From NCBI RefSeq assembly GCF_009914755.1, contig NC_060938.1: 64,000 bases of DNA. One strand, given 5' to 3'. Source of the DNA: the human T2T-CHM13v2.0 reference genome, Homo sapiens. Positions 31,121 to 43,100 of the stretch are shown here, one piece after another. Within the stretch, counting starts at the first letter, position 1. Each line of letters begins with the position of its first letter. The translations under genes and the position numbers were made by a program. The notes beneath the pieces are model-generated. The model was not told where the DNA came from, searched no databases, and was given only the letters and a program-made list of their open reading frames with translations.

Positions 31121-33509
31121 AGGCCTAGGAGGCACCCCAAGAAAGGACCCATCAGAAAACACAGGGAAGTAGGAAAATAAGAGAAATTTCCAGAAGCAAG
31201 AGGCTTGGCTCATGCGGAATGCCGCAGAGCCAGGCCTCAACCCACCGGAGAATCTCTGAGAACACTGACTGCAGCCCACCACGGTGGCCCCGGGTCCTGC
31301 TCTGAGCTCCTGTCGGCCCTCGTCCTCCCTACATCAGAGCCTCCCCTGGGAGCCCCAGAGATCCTCTCAACTCCTTCTCGGGACAAAGGAACCCTCCCTG
31401 CTGAGAGCCCCTGGTGGCTCCTCCCACTCCCCCACTCGGCTCCCTCTCTCCTCCTCACTCCCTTTGTGGTGGGCTTGGCCCAGGAGAGTCCCGGCACCCC
31501 CAGCTGCTCTCTGTAAGCCCCTGGGGGTGGCCAGCTGGGGTGGGCTCCCCACTCCTGCCTGGCCGTAATCAGGGAGCCGTGCCTCGGGATGTGGGCACAC
31601 ACTCGTGCACACGCACACCGTCTCAGCAACTGGGCTCTCCTGAGAGTCCCCTTCCCAACCCACAAAACAAGACCTGCCAGCGCCCCCACCCCTTCCTCCC
31701 ACTTCTGTCCCCCTCCCCATAGCCCTAGGTACAGCTGCAGAAACTGAGGCTCAAAGGGGTCAAGTCCCTTCACTCCATGTGGCAGAGCTGGGGTGGTCAA
31801 GAGACCCCAGACCCCAGCTGAAGCCTCCCGCCCTGACATGGGAAGCCGCTCCTGTGGGGCCTGAGCAGGTGCCCAGGACCAATGGGCCAGCCCAGGTGAG
31901 AGGCTTCCTGCCAGGAGGCCCTGAGGGTGACCTGGCCAGGGACACCAGTGCTCAAAGGTCCGGGTGGGTCCCAGCCCCAGCTCACCCTCCGTTTGCTGGC
32001 AGTGGCCCCTCTACTCTCCCCCAGGACTCCCGACAGCTCTGCAGAGAGGCCTCATCCCCACCCAGCTGGGCAGACTCCGACCTTGCCACCGGGTGCCTTC
32101 CCATTCTCCTGGCTGCCAGCCACTCCCCTCTTGCAGCCTCAGTTTCTGCATCTGTAGGTTGGGAGTAATGAGATTCCCCAGCCGGCCCGCTGGGAAGGCT
32201 GGGCATCCTGGGGGAGGGAGGGGGAAGGGAATGCCAGGAGCTGGCTGGAGCCAGGTCAGGGAGGCATGGGCCCAGCCCCAGCCGCAGCAGCCACTCTGTG
32301 GGCCCAAGCAAGCCCCGGGCCCTGGGCCTGTCCATCTGTAAGCAGGGTGATGGCACTGCCGGGCGAAGTGGCTGAGGGTGGGCCCAGCCCAGCTGCCCTC
32401 CCTAGGCATTCATCAGGCCCAGCGCTGGGGCAGGGCACCCAGCCCACACCACATGGATGGGGATGAACCTCCAGCTGGGCTGCCCGACAGGGACAGAGGC
32501 AAACAGGGCTCCCAGGATTCCGGGGCCAGCACAACTCTGTGGCTGCCGTAGTGTCAGCTCCAGGCCCCAGAAAGGACTGCAGGGGACCAGGCTGCTCCTG
32601 GGTGACCCCAGATGTCCTGGCTCTTCTCTAGGGGATCTTGGGCTGAACAGGGGACTGAGGCCCCAGAGGAAGGCAACACAGGGTCAAGACGGATCCCTGA
32701 GGGTCCCCAGTCATTTGTAAATTACCTCTGCCCTCTGCAAAGTGTGAATGCTGATTCCTCGGCCTCTGCCCAAACATATGCACTCTCTCAGGTTCACGCT
32801 CACACATCCCCTTACCATTCGGCAGACCCCACCGGCTCTGCCCCAGCTCACCCCCTCCACCTGGCCCTACCATCCTCTGCCCCTCACCAAGGGGGACCCT
32901 CCAATCCAATCCCATAAATCAGGGTCCCCGAGCTGCACTCAAAGCCTCCGTCACCTTTCCGTGCTTGTGGAACAAACCCCCCCTCCGTCTTCTGACTCTC
33001 ACCCCTCCCACCTCAGTGTGTGCAGAGGAGCCTTCCCTGCACACAGCTGAAGTGGCCCTGTGTCCCCTACCCTGGACTTTGGCCAGGCCATTGACCAGGC
33101 TGCTGCCTCCACCCATGCCTTGGCATCTGGGTCATTTTTTATTGATGGTAGCTTGGCCCGACTTGGGGGCTTCACACACACCTCCCGTCCAGCAGCCCTA
33201 GGAGGTGGGACTGTTATCACCACCCCTATCTCAGCAGGCAGCAGAGCCAGGACCCAGACCGGCCCAGCCACAGCACCCTCCCACTGTACCACGGGACTGC
33301 GCTGTTCACAGGGCCACTCCTGACCTCTGGGGAGTCCCTCCAGGTAGGCCAGGCCAGGCCTGTGCTCTGTAATGCAGTCCACGCAGGGCTCCCTGCTGCC
33401 CGGGGCAGGGCGGTGGTCCGACAGCTCCCACCCCTCAGGGCCCGTGCACCCGCAATGCCCAACCTGCCCAGCCCACCCAGCCCAGCCACCGTCAGAGGGA
33501 GGTTGGCGA

Positions 33510-33531
33510 TGACTCAGGCCTTGAGTCAGCA
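33510..33531. promoter_or_regulatory. Paired AP-1 sites, the second ARE/MARE-like
   Basis: TGACTCA-GGCCT-TGAGTCA-GCA. Confidence 0.55.
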
Positions 33532-36500
33532 GCATCGGATAAGGATGCAGCCAACCCTCTGCCAGCATAAGGGATCCCCAGACAGCCCCGAGCTCTGCTA
33601 GCTGGGCTTGTGGGGACCCCTGGCTGGAACCGAACCAGGCTCATCAGCGCTCAGGAGCCCGGGAGCCACCTCCCCGGGAAAATTCACATGCACACACACA
33701 CGCACACGCGTGCACACAGAGGAGGCCTGCCATCAGGGTGGGTGGGGCTGGACTAACACCAGCCCAGGGAAGAGAAGCCAGAGATGGTGGGGCGCGGTAG
33801 GCAGTGAGGCGGGGTCTCGGCTGGAGGGGCTCACTCTGACTGTGGAGCACCCATGTGCCTCCTAAACAGAAACTCCACACAGGCCAAGGAAACAGAGCTA
33901 CCAGCTGACTCACTCTCCCAGCAAACACCAGCTCCTCCCCGAGCCAGGCCCTGGAAGAGAAGTCAACATCACGAGCTGCCATCTGGGGGGTGGCACCAGG
34001 CTGTGAAGGATCCACAGACTGGCATATGCAGGAGGAAATGGGGCGGGCGAGGAGTAAGGACCCCAAAAAGCAGGGGTAGGGAAGGGCCCTCCCAGCGCCC
34101 CACTGTAATAGGGGCCTCATCAATGCCCCATGCTCACTGAATAAAGCACTGCCAGCGAAAGGTGAAAAGAGGAACAAAGAACATTCTCCTGGACGCCACC
34201 CACAGAAAGCCACGTGCAGGCTTGGCCCTCACCTTGGGGACCTTGGACACGGAGCTGGTTATGTCACATCTGGCTCTCAGAGCTGGGGCAGCGTCTAGGA
34301 GGCCTGATGTAGAAAGCACTCAGCTAAGCCCTAGTTACCGGCACACGGGCACCAGCGCCCCCTCTCAGCAAACTCCACGTCTTATGAAATTAGCACTGGA
34401 TTTCCACTTCAGTTGGAAAATATGGCCAAGGTAAGAGATCAGGAACGACAAGGCCAAGCTGGGGTAGCCGAGAAAGCAGAGCAGACACGGGGGCGGAGAG
34501 GTGGCTGCAAGCATCTGAGTGCAGGAGGCACAGGCCCCTGAGGTCCCGGAGGGCAGCACGCTGGTGCAGAGCCGGGACAGCCTGGGGTTCACTCACTGGA
34601 GAGGCAGGGTGGGCGGGGCAGGTGAGGATGGGGGCTGGAGCCCATGACATCCCCTTGGTTGCTGAGCATGGCTGACCCCTGGCCACACCCGGCCTGGACG
34701 TTGAAGTCTAACTGGGGAGCCAGGCAGGGAGCCAGGCAGGAAACCGGATGCAAGTGGAGATTCCAGGCTGAGGCGCTGTGGGAAGGAGGGGAGCTGTCAC
34801 TCTCCCAAGGCGGGAAGTGGGAGGGGCTGGGAGTCTCCAGGGAGGGGAGGAGGGCCTGGAGGAGTTCCCTGGGGTGGGGGTCCCAGAAGAGCCAGCAGCC
34901 TGTGCGGCGGCATGGGAAAGACCCCAGTGCCTGGCGAGGAATTGGCACAGCCAGTGTATGTGGAGTCAGATAGGGGTTTGGGGTTTGGGGTTATTTTTAA
35001 CCCGTAAGTCTCCCTGCTATTCTACAGGAGAAAGGGAACGCTGTGCTGGGCGCTCAGGAAGATGCAGGCAGGAGGCAGCAGTGTGGGGAGGGACAGGGAG
35101 GGCCTAGGGGCTGGGTCAGAGCCTTGCCCAAGGGGCTTTAGCGGGGAAGTGCTGGCCTTCCCACCCCTCCTCTGGAATCTGTCACCTCCCACCCTGGAAG
35201 AGCTCAGGAGCAAATGGATTCCTTTCCATGAAAAAAGCATAGTGCCTGGGGCTAAGCAAAGCCAAGACTGGCAGATAAGGTGCCCCAGATGAGCAGGCAG
35301 CTGCCTGCAGTGGGGCGCGGGGCAGGGCCAGGAGGCGGGAGGGCGGCAGGGAGCAGGGACAGCCATCCGGCCTTTGGGATGGGCAGCACCCCTGGAGGCG
35401 TGGGGAAGGCAGAGCGGGCTGCCTGGCCTGCAGGCCAGGTGAGGGGAGAACGCAGGCCAGAATCCAGCCATAACCTGGCTGCAGGTCCCATCCAGGTGGG
35501 AAGAAAGAGTCTGATATACTTCCAAGCTAGCAGTGAAACTAGGAGGTTCTGTAAGAACTGGGGAATTATTTACCCTAACTCAGGAATGCTCACCGTGAAA
35601 CCAAGCCCTCACCTAGGGGAAGGGCCACCCCAGCAGTGGCCACTCCTAAAATCCTCACGTCCCCCCCGGACAAGTCTAGCCTCCAGGATGGAAGAAAGTC
35701 AGCCAACCCTAGGATTATCACGTCTGGGTTGAACTGAGGGGTCTTCTGTGCATGCAGCCTGCGCTAGTGGCTGGGGCCTCCGCAATGTTGGGTGTGCCTG
35801 GGATAGCTCAGAGTAACACGGCTATACGGCACTCAGGGTTGGAAGGGGAGCCAGGCTCCTCTGGCTCTGAGCTCAAGCGGTCCACCCTCCCGAGCCTCCC
35901 AAAGTGCTGGGATTACAGGCGTGAGCCACTGCTACCTTAATAAACTAAGTGTTAATGTTGAAAACCCAAGGAGCAGCAAAGGTCCTCAAAGACACAGAGA
36001 CCTGGGGGAGGGGTCTGCGGGTGGCTGCAATGGGGGAGGGGAGGGGTGGAGGGGAGGAGGGGCCCTGGGGAGGCAGCACAGACTGGTTTGTAGAGTGACC
36101 CCTCCGTGGCTTCCTGGTGACCCTTCCAGAATAAATCCCAAGCATGCATCCTCCTACGTGCCTCAGCCTGGGGCTGCCACTCCCTGCCTCCCACCGTCCA
36201 CTCCAAGAGCCTAGCTCCCCTGGGTGCCTGGGTCCCCCACCAGGGGTGTCAAAGCAGAAGGCTGGCATCAGTGACCAGCACACCTGAAGGCCCTGGAGCC
36301 GTGGGGCAGGGAGGGAGGTGTTCAGGGAAAGATGGGAGGGTAGAGGGGAGAGTGAAGGAGAAGGGAGAAGGCCCGCAGGGGAGGGCAGACAGTCGCAGTG
36401 GTGTCCTCATTCCAGTCACCATTCCATTCATAAATACTTCTGAAACCCGCCCCCCTCCCCACCACACACACACAGACACACACACACACACACAAATTAC

Positions 36501-37572
36501 CTCCGGAGACTTTGGAGACCTACAAAGTCTTGGCACTACATCTCTTCAAAACACAGTCCAGTGGCCAAAAATCACCTGCAAGACATTCTAGACTTTATTT
36601 CCTTCCCTCCAAGATCATCAGGCAAGATCCAATTCATCAGCCTACAGGGCCTGCCCTGAGCCCTCTCCCCCTCTCCCCTTCTCTGCCGCCCCACCCCTGC
36701 CTCTTCTGAGTCTGCAGGGTTCAAGGCCAGAAGCAGAGCAAGTCAGAACACAGCTACACGCAGGCAGACTATGGGTTGGGGTGCGGGTGGGTCTCAGGCA
36801 CTTCCCTGCTCTCAAAGGAGCACCTCCAGGGAGCCCATCTGGTGCTCCCTCCAGCTCCTCAAATTCCCAACACCAGGGTTGCAAGGCCCAGTGTCTTCTC
36901 ACCTCGTTAGGTGGAGAACCCCTTCTTTAAGCAAAAGATGGCACGGACCCCCGACATAAGACAGTTCAAAGCTGAGCGGCTCTCCCCATCATGCAAGTAA
37001 CCTGCGTGCCGCCACGGGAAACAGCACGCATCCCATCTGGACTCCCACCAGACAACTGAGGCAACCGAGAAGGAGGCTGGGGAGGGACAGCTCGAGGGCT
37101 CACTGGAGGTCAGCAGGGAGGTGGACTGCGTCTCCCGAGGGCCAGCACTGGCTTAGCCTGCTCAGTGAGGTGCCCGAAGGAGGCCCACCAGCTCTGCCAG
37201 CACCCGGCCTCTGCACCTCAGCTTTCAGCGGATAGGTTTGTGCAACGAAATATTTCATAGAAATCAAGAAACATGAGTGAACGATGCACACCACCGCGTG
37301 GATGAGTCTCAGAGACTGTGGAGCGAAAGAAGCCAGACACAAAGGTTGACATTTACACGCAATCCTAGAATGACGGCTCTATGGTGGCAGAGAGGAGAAA
37401 AGCAGTTAGCTTTGGCAGGTGCCCACGGAGGGGGCTATGCAATGGAACTTTCTGGGCCCTGGAGGTGTTGCAGAGTTTGCTATGGGTGGTGGTAGTTACG
37501 TGGGTTTCTATGAATGTAAAAACTCTTGGTGTGGTAGACCCAAGCTCTGGGCACCTCACGCATGCCATGCAG

Positions 37573-37989
37573 CAGCTCGATCTGTGACAGCGAGTCCTGT
37601 GTTCCATGATATGGCTGCAAACACTTGACAGAGTGAATGCCGAACCTCTGCTCCTAAGGGAAATAGAGGGCCAGGTTCCTACGAGCCTCTGCTCCAGCCT
37701 TTTCAGCAACCAATCAGTACACAATAGAGTTATTTATGTGTTTCTGTTAATATATGTCACTAAACTCCCGGCCAAGAGCACTACAACTCATGCCTGTACA
37801 GAGCCTGTCCAACACATGTATTTTCTCCATAGGACACATCATCTCAAAAGCAAGTATTGATCTTATTTTATCTCATTTTCAAGAGATGCAGACTGTTCTT
37901 AAGCAAGTACTGGTTTTAGGTTTACAAATACATTTTAGCGAGTAGGCAAATTTGCAAGTACAGAATCTGTAAATAATGAGATTCTACTG
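37573..37989 (-). mobile_element. TcMar-Tigger relic (MER82-like)
   Basis: Right end reads CAGTAGAATCTCATTATTTACAGATTCTGTACTTGCAAATTTGCCTACTCGCTAAAATG on the minus strand. Confidence 0.7.
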
Positions 37990-38407
37990 TATGTGTGTGC
38001 AATATTCAAATGAAGAGGACAGAGCTTCCTGCCTGACACAAGCCCCTGACTGACTGCCCCACCCACCGTCCCTTCTAAGAGCAGCAGCCTGGTCCCAGCT
38101 CTTGCCTTCCCTCCTCAGACCAGGGATAAGCCCTGACCAATGTCTACCTCCTGCAGCCAGACACAGACAGGCTGACTCAGGTGCTCTTGGAGTTTGAACT
38201 GAGAAATGCAAGAGAAGCTTGCAAAATGCTGAGAGGCTCCACAAGGGGCTGCTGAAGCCCCAGCAGGCAAAGCTGCCAGCTACAGAGCAAAAAGCCAAGG
38301 GAGGGGCAGGGATGTTGGAGGAAGGACCTGGCTGGAGGTGACTGGGGGCGGTCGTGTCCTTGTCAGCAAGCATAGAGCAGAACAGCTGCCCAAGGTGCCA
38401 CAGCTGG

Positions 38408-39400
38408 AAGGGTGAGTGGGTGGATGGGTGGATGAAAGGGTGGGTGGGTGGGTGGATGGGTGGATGAATGGGTGGGTAGGTGGGGGGATGGGTGGATGAG
38501 TGGATGATGGCTGGGTAGGTGGATGGGTGGATGAGTAGGTGGATGGATGTGTTGGTGGATAGGTGGGTGGGTGGATGGATGAATGGATGGGCAGATGGAT
38601 GGATAAGGGTGGGTGCATGGGTGGATGAATGGGTGAGTAGGTGGGTGGATGGGTGGATGAGTGGATGATGGGTGGGTAGGCCGATGGGTAAGTGGATGGT
38701 GGGTGGATGGATGGATGGGTGGGTGGATGGATGAATGAATGGGCAGATGAATGGATGAGGGTGGGTGGGTGAGTGGACAAATGGGTGGGTAAGTGGGGGG
38801 ATGGGTGCATGAGTGGATGATGGGTGGGTAGGTGGATGGATGGATGGGTAGGTGGGTGGATAGGTGGGTGGGTAGGTGGGTGGGTGGATGGACAAATAGA
38901 TGGGCAGATGGATGGATGAGGGTGGGTGGATCAGTCGGTGGGTAGGTGGTTAGATGGGTGGATGAGTGGATGATGGGTAGGTGGATGGGTAGATGGATGA
39001 AGGGATGGGCAGATGGATGGATGAGTAGATGATAGGTGGGTAGGTGGATGGGTGGATGGGTAGGTGGATGGATGTGTGAGTGGATAGGTGGGTGGGTGGA
39101 TAGATGAATGGATGGGCAGATGGATGGATAAGGGTAGGTGGATGAATGGGTGGGTAGGTGGGTGGATGGGTGGATGAGTGGATTAAGGGTGAATAGGTGG
39201 ATGGGTAGGTGTATGGATAAGTGGATGGACAGATGGGTGGGTGGATGGATGAATGGATAGGCAGATGGATGGATGAGGGTGGGTGGGTGAATGGGTGGGT
39301 AGGTGGGTGAACAGACGGATGAAGTGTGGGTGTGTGTGGGAATGGATGGATGAATGGGTGAATGGGTACATAGGTGGGCAAGGTGGGTGGACATGGGTGA
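38408..39400. repeat. ~1-kb (GGAT/GGGT)n low-complexity array
   Basis: Nearly C-free G/T/A repeats; source of the long His/Pro-rich minus-strand ORFs. Confidence 0.97.
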
Positions 39401-41999
39401 GCAGGCATGTTTTCACTTACTTCATTCTGTAACAATGTCAGAGATCATCTCAGGGCACCACAGTAGGATGCAAAATAAAATCTCAAAAGGGGAAAAAAGA
39501 TAAAAAGCATTCTGGGTGCTGAACTGATGAAGGAAATGAACCCATGGCCAGGCTGCTGCTCAGGTGGACCCCAGGAAGCCCTTCTGGGCCTGCAAGTGGC
39601 CGCCTGCTGCATGCAGGGCTGTCCTGACTGCACGGCGGCGCCAACATCAGGCTGGGAGGATTTCTCTCAGAACGCCCACACCTGCCTGCCTGTTTCTAGC
39701 AGAACTCAAGCTGTCGGTGCCAAGGCCTGCTCTCCCCTCATCCCAATCTTCCAGCAAGAGGCAGAGGCAAGCTCTCCACAGGCCTACAGTGGCAGGGCCA
39801 CTCTTGCACTCTGTGCCAGTGGCCAGGAACATGTGGCTCCGCCTGGGTGTGTCACAGTACCAGCCTGTACCTGCACGACCCTGTTCTCAGGCATCTGGGT
39901 ACCTGCAGCTGGGGGCCGGCACTTGTGTACCCGACTCCGAGGAAGGACCGACACCCAGGAGGGGAGGCTCCAGGCAGGCCATGGCTTCCAGGAAGCAGCT
40001 CCGGAAGCCGCAGGCAGTGGCTGCAGGTGGTGTGTTTCTGAGGCCAAATCGGTCCTCTCTTCAACCCCAGGGCCAGGAAGCAAGCTCAGAATAGGGCCAG
40101 GATGGAGTCTGGGAGCGCTGGAGGTACAGAGGGTTGAGGGTGAGCCACTGAAGGAGAAGAGGAGGGGGCCTCTGTATGTCTCAGAAAATCAGTGCTCAAG
40201 CCGGGTTGAACCCTGCTGCCCCGGGCATGGTGGGTTCAAGCCTGACGGAAAACCCCCTTTCAGTGTCCACATTTCCACCCTCCCAGACCTCTGACCTCGG
40301 CCTCCACTCCACACACACACACACACATACACACACACACACACAGACACACACTCTTAATCAGGGCCCAAAGCCCTCCTCTGCACTCCCTGCCGACCCC
40401 AGGGACTTCTCCAACCTCTCTCCAACTAAATCACATTCACCCCACCTTCTTCACCCTGCTCCGGCCTGTGCTGGCCTCTCTGGACCAGGTGTGCAGCTCG
40501 GAAGCACGACTGGGTGCAAGGGAGACAGCCCCAGGCAGGAGCGGCCCTGGGGGCGCTGGGCCTCCCTCCCCCATCAGGGCAGGAAAGGTGGACCCCTCGC
40601 CCACACCTGACCTCCTACTCCAGCCTCTGAGTAAGGCTCAGGACTCTGACTTTCCCCCAGGCAGGTGGACAGGGGAGGGGGCTGCAGGTCAAAGCTCACT
40701 CCCCACCAACCTCCTCACATTCCTCCATTCACTGGATCAACAAACACACCCACTGCCCAGCACCGCTGCCAGGCATCAGCTCCCAACGCAGATGAGTCAG
40801 CCCCGCCCGTGCCCTCCAGGGTGGGGTGGTACCAGGGCAGGCACCAATGTTCGGGTCCAGGAGTGCACCAGGAGACCCAAAGCCCAGCTTGAGGGAGGGC
40901 AGGAAGGCCTTCTGCTCTGGAAGGGGCCCTGGAGCCCGGTGTGGAGGGCCGGAGGCCGGCCTTCCAGGTGCATTCCAAGAATTGCAGAGTGCCTGTCTAG
41001 GAGCAGCGGCCGCCCAGGTTGGAGGGTGTCCAGTGAGCGCCTGCCTTGGCTGGCTCCTCAGGCACACCCGGGGCTGTGGCCTGCAGCTGCTCCTGCACTG
41101 GGGCTGAGCCAGCAAACTTCCGGGGCTGGGGCTGCTGGGCAGGGCAAGGTCCGCACAGGGAGCAGACAGACGCAGCCTGCAATTCGGCGCTTATCCCCAC
41201 CGGAGCGGAGGCACACCAAAGCCAAAGGACACGCAGCTGGCCTCAAAGCAGAAGCTGCATCGGGGCTGGGAAGCCATTCAGGAGCCCTTTTCTCTCCCCT
41301 CGCCCTCACCCTGAGCCCTGGCCGCCACGGCCCACACAGCAGGCCCTCCGGAGAGAGATGTCAGGACTCCGAGTGGAGACACTTTATCCGCATGTTCTTG
41401 ACCCTCATACAGCCCTTACGGGTACTTATTCTATTTTACAGATGGGGAAACTGAGGCTCCACAGAGTCATATCCGAGCCTGAGGCCGCACAGGGAGTGCT
41501 GGCGCCGGTTCTCAGGGCAGGGGTTGTGTCTGCTCTGTCACATGTCACACGGGGGCTCCCCCAGGCCTGCCTTCCTCTGCCCTCCCTCTAGCTGCCAGTG
41601 GCCCCCAAACCCCAGGCCTGGTGCGCTGCTTCCTGCAGCTCTGACTGAGGGTCAGACGTCAGAAGGGACTTCCAGAGCTGGGGTCTGGCTCTCATCCAAC
41701 CAGGCTGGCTTTCAGAGCCGACTATGGGCACGCCCCATGCTGGTCAATGTCGGCGGTGGGGGGATGGGTGCCCCCCTCAATCTAGGAGACAGATGAGGCC
41801 GGACAGCAGAGGGGTGGCAGAGAAAACCCACCCCATTGCGACACCTCCGCGGCCCTCATGCAGCTGTCTCCACCAACCGGCGAAGTGCGGCTGCCCAAGA
41901 CCGCCGAGACCCCATCAAGGGTGGAAGGGGGTCAGGCAGGGCTGCGGAGAGGAGGCCACATGGGTGGCCTGGTTGATGGGTAGGCTCTCTCTCCCCAAA

Positions 42000-43100
42000 G
42001 CCTGGGAAGAGCCATCTCTGCTGAGGGATCCCCGAACGCGGGGACTCCGGATCCGGCTGGCTGGAACGGGAGTCCCGGGCCGGGGCAGAGAGAGGTGAGC
42101 GGCGCCTGGGAGGCCAGTCCCACCGGAGGATAGGGGTGTAGGTGGACGGGAGGCGGTGGAGGGCAGGGACGGGGCGGACAGTGGGGGCTGAGGCGGGAGA
42201 CGGCCCCGATCTGCGCGTCCCACCCCCATCTCCGCCCACCAGGAGCCAGGCCAGCAGGGACCGCGAGGGGGCGGCCAGGTTATTCACGGGAGTGGGGAGA
42301 CCCCTTAAAGCGCCCTCAGGGACCGGCCACAGTGGGCGGGGCCACCCCCAGCCACCCACCTCCCCCCCCAGGCCCCGCCCCCGGCCCGCGCTCGCTCCCC
42401 ACGTGGCCGCTGACGGGCGGGGCGGCACCTCCTCTTCCTCCCGCCCGCCCCGCCCGCCCCGCGCCCGCCAGGAGCCACCGTCCGAGCCTTGCGGAGCGCG
42501 GCAGTGGGCGCCGGCTGCCCGCAGCCCCTGACCCGGCCCCGGACGGAGCGCCGGCCGCACCACCGCCCTCTGGCCGTTGCCTCACCGGGTAAGTCCTTGG
42601 CCTCGGGGTCCGCTTGGAGCTTCAGGGGAAACTGAGTCCGGGAGGAGGCAGGGGCGTGCTTGGGTCCAGGAGCGAGGTTCCGGGCTGCGGCGTGTGTGCC
42701 CAGGTGGCGGCGGGCGGTCCGGCGGCGCAGGGTACAGTTCCCGGGCGGGGACCCCAGGGCGCCCCTGGCCCCCCCGGCTCCGCGCGCCCCGCTCGGGACT
42801 ATGGTCCTCCGCGCCGAGGCACCGCCCGAGCGCGCACTGGCCGCAGAGTGGTGGGCCCAGGGTCGGCCGGGCCTACTCCCAGGGCAGGCGGGATTTCCGC
42901 GCCTCGCGGCTGCCACATCCTGACCATGAATCAGCCACAGTTGGGAAAATAAACTTCAACTTCGGGTCCGCCGCCCGGGTGGCACCCCGAGGTGCGCGCC
43001 GGCCTGCGGCCCCACCCTGACTGCTTGGCTTCCAGCTGCCCACGCGCAGGTGGGCGCACAGGGAGCCCTTCCCACCCCGCAACCGCTGGCAGGCTTAGGG
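42000..43100 (+). promoter_or_regulatory. INF2: INF2 CpG-island promoter
   Basis: Highest CpG density in the window; multiple GC boxes, an E-box (CACGTG ~42400) and a TGACG half-CRE; surrounds exon 1. Confidence 0.9.
42440..42588 (+). other. INF2: INF2 exon 1 (5' UTR; start approximate)
   Basis: Consensus donor CGG|GTAAGT at 42588/42589 within the CpG island. Confidence 0.8.

Noticed and set aside
37984-39435. His/Pro-rich ORFs of 303 and 343 aa
   Set aside because: Translations of the (CCAT/CCCA)n strand.
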